Assembly: GCA_048772705.1 (NCBI GenBank)
Contig: JBLWGC010000035.1
Location: 380,128-444,127 of the forward strand
Direction of reading: 5' to 3'
From: Leidyana gryllorum EB-2025a
Taxonomy: Eukaryota > Protista > Apicomplexa
Length of the DNA: 64,000 bases
The notes below the pieces were generated by a model. The model made no database searches. It was not told the origin of the DNA and saw nothing but the letters and a program-made list of their open reading frames with translations. Position numbers and translations under genes: made by a program. Of the stretch, positions 1-10,269 are shown piece by piece; position 1 is the first letter of the stretch, and each line of letters begins with the position of its first letter.

Positions 1-21
1 AGGCAAAAGAGTCGCGTCGCC

Positions 22-2688
22 TCAAAGCGCGAAGGTGGCAAAGACCAGCAGTAATACAGTACAACTCAGGAAGTGACGGAAGGGAACGGATCCAGAATGG
101 GGTGCTACATCCAGATGCTTGATGAGTCCTTCTGGGAAGAAAGGGTTACCATCAAACACCTTGGACTGGAGTGTCATCTCGAGATATCTGGATTTGGTGG
201 TGACAGTGAAAGTATGGCGTATACTGTGGGTGACGGGGCCGTCGAGGTCAGTCTTTTCGAGTGCATACTCGGTCAAATCCAGCAGGTTGTTGCTGTTGCT
301 CATGTGTTTGACTGTGATGGTGAAAGGACCTGGAACGGTGACAGCTTTCACCACCTCGATGTTATATAGGACTGTGGCTACCCGACCTGGTGGTCCGACA
401 ACCACTTGGTGTGGCTGAGAGACGATGACAACTTGTCCATCTTGTAGCAAGGCGCTAACGTCAATAGCCCGCTCCAAGTTCGGTTTGGGTATGATCTCGT
501 CGTTGAGAGCTGACAAAGACAGAGTGTGGTTTATCACTGCATCGTAGAGAGAAATCCCCATTGGCAGGGGCAGTCCTACTTCGAGGGATGTCAGAACGTC
601 TGTAAGGCTATCGTAAGCGTCACCACCCTGAATGAGGAAGTCGGGAAGAACCATCAGAACCTTTTCACTTTCAGACGCTGCGCGACCTTTCGTTTCACTC
701 CGCCCAGCCCCCTCTGATCGTCTTCCATTGGCTTCGCTAAAGGATGGTGAGTAGTACTCGAGAGTATTGCGTAGAATAGAAGCATTTGTGTTTTGCTTTC
801 GGCCGGGGTCGTAGCGGTAGGTGAAGCCGGATACCTGAAATTGAGCACTTTTGCCTGCATAGCGGAAATGCAAGAATTGCTCTTCAAGAACGTCTAACAG
901 ATGCGCCGTCGTGGTGGGAAGTACTATCAGTTCGTCGAAGAAAGGTATGGAGTTCCACACGTCAATATTCGTCAATCGGTTGTGGCGATCATTTGTTGTC
1001 AACCAGTCCTCCCGAATCCCACCATCGTTCATCAAAGCCACCATGGGTATGCCCTGGTAAGCTTTGGTGCGGAGACTCTGTCTCCAATACTCGCCGGCGT
1101 GCAACATCGCATCAGCTATGTGGGCACCCAATACCGTCTCCTCGTCGCCAAGCGGTCGAGTCCAGGATTCCAGTAGTCTTCCGAGAGCCCTCCGAGGTAA
1201 CTTTGTTTCCCGCTCACGCCACGCTGTGGCCACTATGTTCCCGACTGCGCGAGCGCGGGTTGGGATACTGAGTTCTGGAACGGCCAAGTTGTTCATGTAC
1301 CATAACCCATTCTCAGGGTCATGCAAGTAGGGCGTGTAAGCGGGAATGACCTCACACTCGGTTGACAAGAGTTCCTGAGACATATGATCGAATTGTAGAG
1401 TACAAGATGCCAGATTGATACCGAAACCATCAGTTTGAATAACCGTATGACCAAATACTTTCCATACATACGACTGATGGGTGTGGGCCGAGAGCACCAA
1501 ATCAACTGACGGATCTAAAGCTTGGAGAAAACGGGCAAACTCGTGAGTTGGATTGTCTCGGATGAACTTCTGGGGGTCGTCCCCCCATCCACCTTGATGT
1601 ATAATGACCACCACTGCATGACAAGTGTGCTCTCGTCGCAGTTGCAAGAGAACTTTGTCTGTAGTCTGAACAGGTGGCAGAACAGTAATAGTGTCCCTAT
1701 TGTTGGGTCTGACAATGTCTGTAAATTCTTCGGTAACGGCAGCCGTGAAGCACACATTGTACAGCTTATCACCACGAGCGACCGGAACGATGCGGAAACT
1801 TGGGAATATTGGATCTTGGGTGGATGAATTTACAATATTACTACACAAAGATTTAGTGTTGGGGTCCAATAGATGGTCCAACCCATGCTGGAATTCGTGA
1901 TTCCCTATCGCGTGTATATCAACACCCCACTTTGCCAATACTTGATAAGCAGGTATGTCAGAATCCAGACAGGACTCGGCTTGAGAAGCTCCAATAGAGT
2001 CACCAGACGTAGCCAAGATCAAATCCGGCGAGTTCGATCGCAACCAATCCAATCTGATCGTCATACTGCCCGCGCCGCGTAGTCTTGAATCGTAGTTGGA
2101 GGGGACCATGTGGCCGTGCCAGTCATTGATTGATACTATTACGATCTCATCCAAATCAGTTCCAAAAGGTAGGAAAACAGTTGCCTCGCGAGAAACTTGC
2201 TGCTTACTACGGGTGTTTAGTAAGCTCAGAGAAATGTATGGGGGCTCCTGATGCTGATCGCGTACAGCAGCTTCGGCATCCCGTGCCTCCTCACTGTCAT
2301 CGACTCTCAACAGGATCTTGAATGCTGTTTCGAGAGCAGCAAATGACCGATCTGCGTTATATTGGATCTCATCTACCCAGAAAAACGCTGGCAGGGACTT
2401 TTCATCAACCGCCACCTCGTATTGATCCTCATCCTCTACCTCCAAACCATCGCCATAATCATCAGCAGTCCCACTCTCCTCCTCGTCTTCCTCCTGGTTA
2501 TTTGTTGGAGATTCGTGACCATTGTTATTCAGTATTGACCCTTCCACCTCGAAAACTGTTCCAGGCGTAACACTTTTTCGCAAGGGACGTACATATAGAC
2601 GAAACCGGTCAACTGCATCCTGCTGTCTTGAACTACCGACCCCGACTTGTACGAGTAAAGCCGCTAGTAATCGTCGCATCATCATCAT
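22..2688 (-). CDS. Secreted/surface 5'-nucleotidase (calcineurin-like metallophosphoesterase + 5'-nucleotidase C-terminal domain), paralogue 1; intronless
   Basis: 888-aa ORF with N-terminal signal peptide (RRLLAALLVQVGVG), metal-site motifs NDWHGH, GDSIG, GNHEF, IHQG, AHTHQ, C-domain motifs ETVLG..IADAM, NDGGIR, IPF, GGDAY, and a hydrophobic C-terminus (GPI signal or TM). Confidence 0.9.
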   Translation of the reverse strand: MMMMRRLLAALLVQVGVGSSRQQDAVDRFRLYVRPLRKSVTPGTVFEVEGSILNNNGHESPTNNQEEDEEESGTADDYGDGLEVEDEDQYEVAVDEKSLPAFFWVDEIQYNADRSFAALETAFKILLRVDDSEEARDAEAAVRDQHQEPPYISLSLLNTRSKQQVSREATVFLPFGTDLDEIVIVSINDWHGHMVPSNYDSRLRGAGSMTIRLDWLRSNSPDLILATSGDSIGASQAESCLDSDIPAYQVLAKWGVDIHAIGNHEFQHGLDHLLDPNTKSLCSNIVNSSTQDPIFPSFRIVPVARGDKLYNVCFTAAVTEEFTDIVRPNNRDTITVLPPVQTTDKVLLQLRREHTCHAVVVIIHQGGWGDDPQKFIRDNPTHEFARFLQALDPSVDLVLSAHTHQSYVWKVFGHTVIQTDGFGINLASCTLQFDHMSQELLSTECEVIPAYTPYLHDPENGLWYMNNLAVPELSIPTRARAVGNIVATAWRERETKLPRRALGRLLESWTRPLGDEETVLGAHIADAMLHAGEYWRQSLRTKAYQGIPMVALMNDGGIREDWLTTNDRHNRLTNIDVWNSIPFFDELIVLPTTTAHLLDVLEEQFLHFRYAGKSAQFQVSGFTYRYDPGRKQNTNASILRNTLEYYSPSFSEANGRRSEGAGRSETKGRAASESEKVLMVLPDFLIQGGDAYDSLTDVLTSLEVGLPLPMGISLYDAVINHTLSLSALNDEIIPKPNLERAIDVSALLQDGQVVIVSQPHQVVVGPPGRVATVLYNIEVVKAVTVPGPFTITVKHMSNSNNLLDLTEYALEKTDLDGPVTHSIRHTFTVTTKSRYLEMTLQSKVFDGNPFFPEGLIKHLDVAPHSGSVPFRHFLSCTVLLLVFATFAL

Positions 2689-2991
2689 TGTTGCTTTGGG
2701 CCAATTTTACTGACTATCTCCATGACATAGAAGCAATAGCATATCACATAAAATTCCCTCTACCCTCCAAACCCCCATCCTCGACGCAAACCAGACTCTC
2801 TCATCTCACACAGTATCTCTTTCCTTTTTTTACTCTCAGTGCAGCTTCTTGCCCTCGAAAACAAGAGATGGTGAGAATGAATTGAGCCTCAGCCCTCTCC
2901 CATAGGTCTGTACGCAGATATCAATGGATGCAACACCATGATCTAAGACAAACTAAAACTAATGCACAGCAAGTAGTGGCCTTCATAAAGC

Positions 2992-5900
2992 TCACGCCAT
3001 CACGAGCACTGCAGCAACAGCGAGTGCACTAAACGTCGCCAAGTTGCTCAGCGCTCCATCAGGCGCAACTCCAACGTCTGTCGGTGAAACTGAAACGTCT
3101 GTTGTCGAATCTTCTGTTGCTTGGGTAGGTGAAGTAGTTGTTGTGGTGGTGGTTGAGCTAGTGGTGGTCGTCGGGGTGGTGGTAGTGGAAGTAGTGGGAG
3201 TCTCCTCCGTGGAAGTAGTGGGAGTCTCCTCCGTGGAAGTAGTGGGAGTCTCCTCCGTGGAAGTAGTGGGAGTCTCCTCCGTGGAAGTAGTGGTGGTGGT
3301 GGTAGGAGGTGTCATGGTGGTGGTAGATTCCTCCGTGGAGGTAGTAGTGGTAGTGGACTCCTCAGTGGTAGACTCCTCTGTGGCTGGGGTAGATTCCTCC
3401 GTGGTCGACTCCTCAGTGGGCGGGGTAGACTCCGTAGTAGTGGTCGTGGACTCCTCAGTGGGCGGGGTAGAATCCTCAGTGGTAGACGCCTCGGTGGCCG
3501 GGGTAGATTCCGTAGCCTCAGTGGTAGACTCCTCAGTGGGCGGGGTAGAATCCGTAGCCTCAGTGGTAGACGCCTCGGTGGCCGCGGTAGAATCCGTAGC
3601 CTCAGTGGTAGACGCCTCGGTGGCCGCGGTAGAATCCGTAGCCTCAGTGGTAGACGCCTCGGTGGCCGGGGTAGATTCCGTAGCCTCAGTGGTAGACTCC
3701 TCGGTGGCCGGGGTAGACTCCTCGGTGGTGGTGGTGGACCCTTCCGTGGTGGACTCCTCAGTGGCCGGGGTAGACTCCGTAGTGGTGGTGGACTCCTCGG
3801 TGGCCGGGGTAGACTCCTCGGTGGTGGTGGTGGACCCTTCCGTGGTGGACTCTTCAGTGGGCGGGGTGGACCCTTCCGTGGTGGACTCTTCAGTGGGCGG
3901 GGTGGACTCCTCAGTGGTGGTGGTGGACTCCTCAGTGGCCGGGGTGGTCTCTTCAGTAGTGGTGGTAGTCTCTTCAGTTGTGGTGGTAGTCTCTTCACTT
4001 GTGGTGGTAGTCTCCTCCGTTGTGGTGGTAGGCTCCTCTGTAGTAGTGGGGGTCTCCTCCGTTGTGGTGGTTGTCTCATCTGTGGTGGTGGTGGTGTCCT
4101 CTGTAGTGGTGGTAGTCTCTTCAGTAGTGGTAGTAGGCTCCTCTGTAGTGGTGGTAGTGTCCTCTGTAGTGGTAGTAGTCTCTTCCGTTGTGGTGGTAGT
4201 CTCCTCTGTAGTAGTGGGGGTCTCCTCCGTTGTGGTGGTTGTCTCATCTGTAGTGGTGGGGGTCTCCTCCGTTGTGGTGGTTGTCTCATCTGTGGTGGTG
4301 GTGGTGTCCTCTGTAGTGGTGGGGGTGTCCTCTGTAGTGGTGGTTGTCTCATCTGTGGTGGTGGTGGTGTCCTCTGTAGTGGTGGGGGTCTCCTCCGTTG
4401 TGGTGGTTGTCTCATCTGTAGTGGTGGGGGTCTCCTCCGTTGTGGTTGTCTCATCTGTGGTGGTGGTGGTGTCCTCTGTAGTGGTGGGGGTCTCCTCCGT
4501 TGTGGTGGTTGTCTCATCTGTGGTGGTGGTGGTGTCCTCTGTAGTGGTGGGGGTCTCCTCCGTTGTGGTGGTTGTCTCATCTGTGGTGGTGGTGGTGGTG
4601 TCCTCTGTAGTGGTGGTAGGCTCCTCTGTAGTGGTGGTTGTCTCATCTGTGGTGGTGGTGGTGTCCTCTGTAGTGGTGGGGGTCTCCTCCGTTGTGGTGG
4701 TTGTCTCATCTGTAGTGGTGGGGGTCTCCTCCGTTGTGGTGGTTGTCTCATCTGTGGTGGTGGTGGTGTCCTCTGTAGTGGTGGGGGTGTCCTCTGTAGT
4801 GGTGGTTGTCTCATCTGTGGTGGTGGTGGTGTCCTCTGTAGTGGTGGGGGTCTCCTCCGTTGTGGTGGTTGTCTCATCTGTAGTGGTGGGGGTCTCCTCC
4901 GTTGTGGTGGTTGTCTCATCTGTAGTGGTGGGGGTGTCCTCTGTAGTGGTGGTTGTCTCATCTGTGGTGGTGGTGGTGTCCTCTGTAGTGGTGGGGGTCT
5001 CCTCCGTTGTGGTGGTTGTCTCATCTGTAGTGGTGGTTGTCTCATCTGTGGTGGTGGTGGTGTCCTCTGTAGTGGTGGGGGTCTCCTCCGTTGTGGTGGT
5101 TGTCTCATCTGTGGTGGTGGTGGTGTCCTCTGTAGTGGTGGGGGTCTCCTCCGTTGTGGTGGTTGTCTCATCTGTGGTGGTGGTGGTGGTGTCCTCTGTA
5201 GTGGTGGTAGGCTCCTCTGTAGTGGTGGTTGTCTCATCTGTGGTGGTGGTGGTGTCCTCTGTAGTGGTGGGGGTCTCCTCCGTTGTGGTGGTTGTCTCAT
5301 CTGTAGTGGTGGGGGTCTCCTCCGTTGTGGTGGTTGTCTCATCTGTGGTGGTGGTGGTGTCCTCTGTAGTGGTGGGGGTCTCCTCCGTTGTGGTGGTTGT
5401 CTCATCTGTGGTGGTGTCCTCTGTAGTGGTGGGGGTCTCCTCCGTTGTGGTGGTTGTCTCATCTGTGGTGGTGGTGGTGGTGTCCTCTGTAGTGGTGGTA
5501 GGCTCCTCTGTAGTGGTGGTTGTCTCATCTGTGGTGGTGGTGGTGTCCTCTGTAGTGGTGGGGGTCTCCTCCGTTGTGGTGGTTGTCTCATCTGTAGTGG
5601 TGGGGGTCTCCTCCGTTGTGGTGGTTGTCTCATCTGTGGTGGTGGTGGTGTCCTCTGTAGTGGTGGGGGTCTCCTCCGTTGTGGTGGTTGTCTCATCTGT
5701 GGTGGTGGTGGTGTCCTCTGTAGTGGTGGTGGTCTCCTCCGTTGTGGTGGTGGTAGTCACCTCCAAGTCTAGTTCTACCATTTTACCCTCATCGTTGCCA
5801 AGTTGATTCTTGTAGTAAATCCTACTACGCAACGTTACTTCGAGATGATCGGCGCTGTGGGTAATCGGGCGTCTGAACTCAAAAAGAGCACCGTCGGAAT

Positions 5901-8900
5901 TGATCTGGTCGACCTCCCACTCCTCAGACCACTCGGTGGAGCGAGCATCTTCGTCTTGTTCGCCGGATGTACTGGCCACGACGTCCACTTGGAAGGGGCC
6001 ACGGAGTGTCTCCGCAGCATCGACCGAAGCCTTCAGGGTAAGTTCGAGCTGGTCGTCAGCATCGACAGCAAATTGCGGAGCTTGAATGAACTCCCAAGAA
6101 ATCTTCGATCTCAGATCGCTCACAGTGTCATATGAGCGAGAGTATGAGCGCGGTTTGACTGTTCCCTCGGTCTGTTGTTTATGGGTGAGGTATTCTTCCA
6201 TATTGATGGCATCAAAGATGCCGAGGTCCCGAACGTCTTTGCCCAACAAAAAGCCATCGAAATTGTGACCACCTCCGGCCAGGAAGTTGTTGGTCACGAT
6301 TCTGTACTCTGAGTCGGGTAGGATCGGAAGACCAGTCTCCTCTATAATGAGGCTGTCTTCGAGTATTTCATTGTGCTCAGCAGATCCATGATCCGCGAAT
6401 TTCCAAGTGAATCCAGACACTTGCATGATGTAATCGTTTCGAGATTCGTGCCACTGGTTCTCGAGAATCTTGACCAGGTCAGCTCCAGTGACGGTCATGA
6501 GCACCAGTGAGTTGGAATAGGGCAAAGCTTCCCAAACGTTGTGTCGAGTGATCACTCCAGTCTCAGCGGTATTCCAGTCCGCCATCACAGATTGGCAATG
6601 AGTGAAGGCGAATTGCACGTTGGAGTCGGACTTCTGAGCAGCCCAGAGGAATGAGTCAGCAACCAGTGCTCCAAGAGGACTTTCGGTATACTGCGGCTGA
6701 GGCCAGTCGACAGAGGTTTCTGCCAAAACTTGGGCTCCAACAACGGCAGCGTCCGCGAAAGCTTGCATAACGACATTCTTGACCTTCTCGGTACGATCAG
6801 ACACTCCTGATGCAACGAGTCCGGTCGCCGAATCTATCCACTGCTCCTTCTCCTCATCCCAGTGAACGGTGTGCGTTGTGGGTTGGAAGCTGCCAGACAC
6901 TGACAACAGCTGGTGAGACGAGCCGTCAAAGACGAGCTCGTAGACACTCAAAGCACGGCCATGGCTCCAACCTTGACCAACTACAGCAGTAGTGGTTCCG
7001 TCAACAGGGTTCCAAGAGTAAGACTGGTGTGTGTGAGCACTGGAAACGATTTGCACTCTGGGGTCCAAGTCTTTCAAGAAGTGCGCAAATTCAGCAGTTG
7101 GATGGGCCTCAACATATTCATCAGCCGTCTCCGCCGATGTCTCAGCGCCCTGATGTATGAGGGCCAAGACGACGTCGGCACCTTCCTCCAAGACGGTATC
7201 CACCAACTCGTTGACCCCATCAACAGCTGAACCCACATCGATCTTGCTGGTAGCCAGCGCGTTGGTCGTCTGTTTCAGACTCTCGAGAGTGACTCCAATG
7301 ACGCCAATCTTGTAGGTCTCACCCTCGACTTCCACGTCGATGATGGTGTGACCCGGCATCGCCTTCTCGTTGGTACCTTTGACCATCACGTTGGCTCCCA
7401 AGGGAGTACCGACGAAATCTGTGATGGACAAAAAGTAATCCAGGCCAGTCTCGTGGCCGTAGGCGTGGTCAATGTCGTGATTGCCCAGAACTGTGGCTTT
7501 GGTCCCCCACTGTTTGGCAATCTCCAAGATCGGCTGGTCGTTGTTCAGAGCGGATTCCACTTGGGTGGCGCCGATGGTGTCGCCGCCACTCAAAACGATT
7601 TGGGCATCCACATTGCGAGCCGCCAAGTCATCCAATGTTAAACTAGTTGCAATGGCGCCGTAGTACCCTTCTCCGGCGGTATTCTTCGTCTGGCGGATGG
7701 CTCCGTGGATATCATTGTAAACAACAACTTGGACAGTTTTGTTGGCGCGGAATTTCAGTGAATGCGTGTGGCTGACTCCAGCTGGCATCGGATTTCTATC
7801 GAATACCTCCGAGAAGAGTGCGAACTCAAAATTCACCTCAACTCCGTCCTCAAACGGTACAGGGATTGACGGTCTCAAGGGGGTTGTAGAGGTGAGCTCT
7901 CCATCGATCTCAATCCAACGAGTTTCATCCGGTTGCCTGCTGTCTGTGTATACCAGCCGGAAAGGACCTTGAGCGACGAGATCTTCTTCAGGTAACTCGT
8001 ATACCAGAGCGAGGAGACCCAAGGATTGGTCATATGTAACAGAGGTGAGTTCAACATGTGCGGAGACATCGGCGGTGATATCCACTGCCCGTTCGAATGG
8101 GACCTCCACAAGCTTCCCATCATTCTCAGCTGCCATTGCTTCATTGTATTCAATGGTATATTGGTTGTCAGCGTCTGCTCTGTGCTGACGGTCAGTACCC
8201 TTAGCGAAATCCACAAAGTTGTCCCCTCCAGGAGAAAGGAAGTTGTTGGTGACGACACGGTACGTAGCCTCCAACGTCATGGGAACATACTCGTTCGTGT
8301 GTCTGTCGATCACTTGCATGGAGTCCGCCAGAATACGATGGCCCAGTTCTTGAGTAGGATCATATTTGTAGGTCATACCGCTGATCTGAAGATGGTACAT
8401 CCCACGCTCGCTTCCTGAAGCAGCGATCCACTGATGCTCAAGTACGCCCTTGATGTCGGTACCGGTCATAGTCATCACCTCCAACTCATTGCTGAAAGGA
8501 AGGGTGTCGAAGACGCTACGAACAGTCACGTCTCCCTCTTGCCAGTCCTTTCGAATTCCACCGTCATTGGTGAAAGCGATCTCTACAGTTTCATCGGACT
8601 GGCGAGCTTTGTGCAACATCGCGTCAACAATGTGGCAGCCCAACTCGGTCTCGGAGCCGCCGGGCGCACGCCAAGTCTTAGCGATCTTACCAGTGATCCG
8701 CGAACCAGTTTCGTCAGCAGAGACGATCGCTCGCTTAATTTCCTCATTCACTTGCAGAAGCAACTCTGGTAGCTCAGCTTCTGCGTCAGGTGACAGAGGT
8801 TCGCCGTTTTCCTCCCATCTCTCAGTGTCGTAATTGTAATAGATTGATTGGCGGACAGAAGTGTACGAGACAGAAGGTGGTGCTACGAGTTGTCGTGTGT

Positions 8901-10269
8901 TGCGCGAGAGCTCAAAGTCAAAAGTGGCCAGGTTTACTCCATAGGAACCCGCCTGGATAACCGGTGGTAGATTGGGATTGTTGGTACTGCTGGCCCAGTT
9001 GTAGTTTTGATGAGTGTGGGCCGTGGCCAACACATCAATGTATCGGTCTTCAGTGTTGAGATTCTGCAAAAATTGGGTAAATTCTGATCCAACATTGTTG
9101 TCCATCTGGGAATCAACATCCTTGTTGGACGCCGAACCGCCTTGGTGGTACAAACAAATAACGATATCACATTCTTCTTCTTCTTTGAGGATCTTAGCGT
9201 ACTTGTTGGCTTCCGGGGCAGCTTCCAAAAACTTGAGCGCTGCCACGTTGTCATATACCACGACGGAGGGCAGAGACTCCAAAGTAACCCCTACAAACCC
9301 GATCTTATATCTCTCGCCTTCGCGGTCAATCTCGACGATATGTGTGGCATCCAGAAAGACGTCTCCGGGTTGTTTGCCTTCCGGAGCGTTCTCTCCCCAC
9401 ACGATATTGGCCCCCAGCTGAGGGAATTTGAACTTGGTTTCGGCATCTTGCATGATGCTTTCATATCCGCGATCAAATTCGTGATTGCCAAGGGCCTGGC
9501 ACTCAGTTCTCCACATATGAGCTATAGTCTTGGTGGGGTCATCATCGTTGGCGGCAGACTCGAACAGAGTGCCGCCAATCGTGTCTCCCACGCTGACCAC
9601 AATCAAATCTTCTCCAGCATTCTCTTTTCTCATTTGTTCAAGCTTCATTGTCATACTTAGGGCTCCCGAGTATGCACCAGCGTTGTTTGGGCCTTGTTGT
9701 ACAATGTATCCATGGAAATCATTGTAGGCGGCAACACGGATGATGTCCACCTTCGCCTCTACGGGGACTACCGATTGAGTGCTGTACACCGGTTCGTCTT
9801 TGTAGTGGACTGTCAAGGTAAAAGGGTAAGCTCCGGCAGCTGTTGTCTTGGGGATGCTGAGTAACACCTTGAATCTTTGGCTCTCTTCCTTAGTAAGCGC
9901 CGCAAGTCTTGTGGCATACCCAGGCTCCCCAACTTCAATCGACTCAACAGATATGCCTATACCAGTCAAACCTTCTACCTTCACCGTGTATTCACCGCGA
10001 TGCTCGCGATCAACTTGCTGTATGATACCAGAGATTTCGTACAATTCACCAGGATGAGCGACACGATAAGTGCCACTCTTGTTTTGTGTGTCTAGAACAA
10101 CGTATGGATCGATCGTTTCGTTCGCGATCGTAGGGACGGTCTCTCGACGGTGGGACTCCACCAGAGAGTCGCGAAATGCTTTCTGCGCGGCCGTGAGAGG
10201 TACCTCGGGCAACCTTCCGGTGGCCACGGCCAGGCATACTCCGAACAATCCTAGTAGTTTCAGATACAT
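2992..10269 (-). CDS. Giant surface protein: two tandem 5'-nucleotidase units + Thr/Glu-rich mucin-like stalk + GPI-type anchor signal; intronless
   Basis: 2425-aa ORF. Signal peptide MYLKLLGLFGVCLAVA. Unit 1: NDFHG/GDTIG/GNHEFD/YHQG/AHTHQ/NDGGIR. Unit 2: NDIHG/GDTIG/GNHDID/IHQG/AHTHQ. About 900 aa of T/E/S/P repeats, ending DGALSNLATFSALAVAAVLVMA. Confidence 0.92.
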   Translation of the reverse strand: MYLKLLGLFGVCLAVATGRLPEVPLTAAQKAFRDSLVESHRRETVPTIANETIDPYVVLDTQNKSGTYRVAHPGELYEISGIIQQVDREHRGEYTVKVEGLTGIGISVESIEVGEPGYATRLAALTKEESQRFKVLLSIPKTTAAGAYPFTLTVHYKDEPVYSTQSVVPVEAKVDIIRVAAYNDFHGYIVQQGPNNAGAYSGALSMTMKLEQMRKENAGEDLIVVSVGDTIGGTLFESAANDDDPTKTIAHMWRTECQALGNHEFDRGYESIMQDAETKFKFPQLGANIVWGENAPEGKQPGDVFLDATHIVEIDREGERYKIGFVGVTLESLPSVVVYDNVAALKFLEAAPEANKYAKILKEEEECDIVICLYHQGGSASNKDVDSQMDNNVGSEFTQFLQNLNTEDRYIDVLATAHTHQNYNWASSTNNPNLPPVIQAGSYGVNLATFDFELSRNTRQLVAPPSVSYTSVRQSIYYNYDTERWEENGEPLSPDAEAELPELLLQVNEEIKRAIVSADETGSRITGKIAKTWRAPGGSETELGCHIVDAMLHKARQSDETVEIAFTNDGGIRKDWQEGDVTVRSVFDTLPFSNELEVMTMTGTDIKGVLEHQWIAASGSERGMYHLQISGMTYKYDPTQELGHRILADSMQVIDRHTNEYVPMTLEATYRVVTNNFLSPGGDNFVDFAKGTDRQHRADADNQYTIEYNEAMAAENDGKLVEVPFERAVDITADVSAHVELTSVTYDQSLGLLALVYELPEEDLVAQGPFRLVYTDSRQPDETRWIEIDGELTSTTPLRPSIPVPFEDGVEVNFEFALFSEVFDRNPMPAGVSHTHSLKFRANKTVQVVVYNDIHGAIRQTKNTAGEGYYGAIATSLTLDDLAARNVDAQIVLSGGDTIGATQVESALNNDQPILEIAKQWGTKATVLGNHDIDHAYGHETGLDYFLSITDFVGTPLGANVMVKGTNEKAMPGHTIIDVEVEGETYKIGVIGVTLESLKQTTNALATSKIDVGSAVDGVNELVDTVLEEGADVVLALIHQGAETSAETADEYVEAHPTAEFAHFLKDLDPRVQIVSSAHTHQSYSWNPVDGTTTAVVGQGWSHGRALSVYELVFDGSSHQLLSVSGSFQPTTHTVHWDEEKEQWIDSATGLVASGVSDRTEKVKNVVMQAFADAAVVGAQVLAETSVDWPQPQYTESPLGALVADSFLWAAQKSDSNVQFAFTHCQSVMADWNTAETGVITRHNVWEALPYSNSLVLMTVTGADLVKILENQWHESRNDYIMQVSGFTWKFADHGSAEHNEILEDSLIIEETGLPILPDSEYRIVTNNFLAGGGHNFDGFLLGKDVRDLGIFDAINMEEYLTHKQQTEGTVKPRSYSRSYDTVSDLRSKISWEFIQAPQFAVDADDQLELTLKASVDAAETLRGPFQVDVVASTSGEQDEDARSTEWSEEWEVDQINSDGALFEFRRPITHSADHLEVTLRSRIYYKNQLGNDEGKMVELDLEVTTTTTTEETTTTTEDTTTTTDETTTTTEETPTTTEDTTTTTDETTTTTEETPTTTDETTTTTEETPTTTEDTTTTTDETTTTTEEPTTTTEDTTTTTTDETTTTTEETPTTTEDTTTDETTTTTEETPTTTEDTTTTTDETTTTTEETPTTTDETTTTTEETPTTTEDTTTTTDETTTTTEEPTTTTEDTTTTTTDETTTTTEETPTTTEDTTTTTDETTTTTEETPTTTEDTTTTTDETTTTTDETTTTTEETPTTTEDTTTTTDETTTTTEDTPTTTDETTTTTEETPTTTDETTTTTEETPTTTEDTTTTTDETTTTTEDTPTTTEDTTTTTDETTTTTEETPTTTDETTTTTEETPTTTEDTTTTTDETTTTTEEPTTTTEDTTTTTTDETTTTTEETPTTTEDTTTTTDETTTTTEETPTTTEDTTTTTDETTTTEETPTTTDETTTTTEETPTTTEDTTTTTDETTTTTEDTPTTTEDTTTTTDETTTTTEETPTTTDETTTTTEETPTTTEETTTTTEETTTTTEDTTTTTEEPTTTTEETTTTTEDTTTTTDETTTTTEETPTTTEEPTTTTEETTTTSEETTTTTEETTTTTEETTPATEESTTTTEESTPPTEESTTEGSTPPTEESTTEGSTTTTEESTPATEESTTTTESTPATEESTTEGSTTTTEESTPATEESTTEATESTPATEASTTEATDSTAATEASTTEATDSTAATEASTTEATDSTPPTEESTTEATESTPATEASTTEDSTPPTEESTTTTTESTPPTEESTTEESTPATEESTTEESTTTTTSTEESTTTMTPPTTTTTTSTEETPTTSTEETPTTSTEETPTTSTEETPTTSTTTTPTTTTSSTTTTTTTSPTQATEDSTTDVSVSPTDVGVAPDGALSNLATFSALAVAAVLVMA
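3150..5760 (-). repeat. Coding tandem-repeat array (mucin-like stalk) with three repeat zones
   Basis: About 4020-5750: near-identical TTTDE/TTEETP/TTED units. About 3330-3950: EST(P)ATE-type units. About 3185-3290: four 24-nt copies of gtggaagtagtgggagtctcctcc (TSTEETPT). Confidence 0.95.

Noticed and set aside
3312-5696. 794-aa Pro/Gln/Arg alternative-frame ORF
   Set aside because: Stop-free only because the repeat unit lacks stops in that frame; no independent coding signal.
3185-5750. Direct repeats as a CRISPR array or telomeric repeat
   Set aside because: No unique spacers or cas genes; eukaryotic context; repeats are in-frame coding.
3044-5806. 920-aa Val/Ser-rich + strand ORF
   Set aside because: Antisense shadow of ACN/GAR codons in the Thr/Glu repeat; non-ATG start; limits match the repeat.
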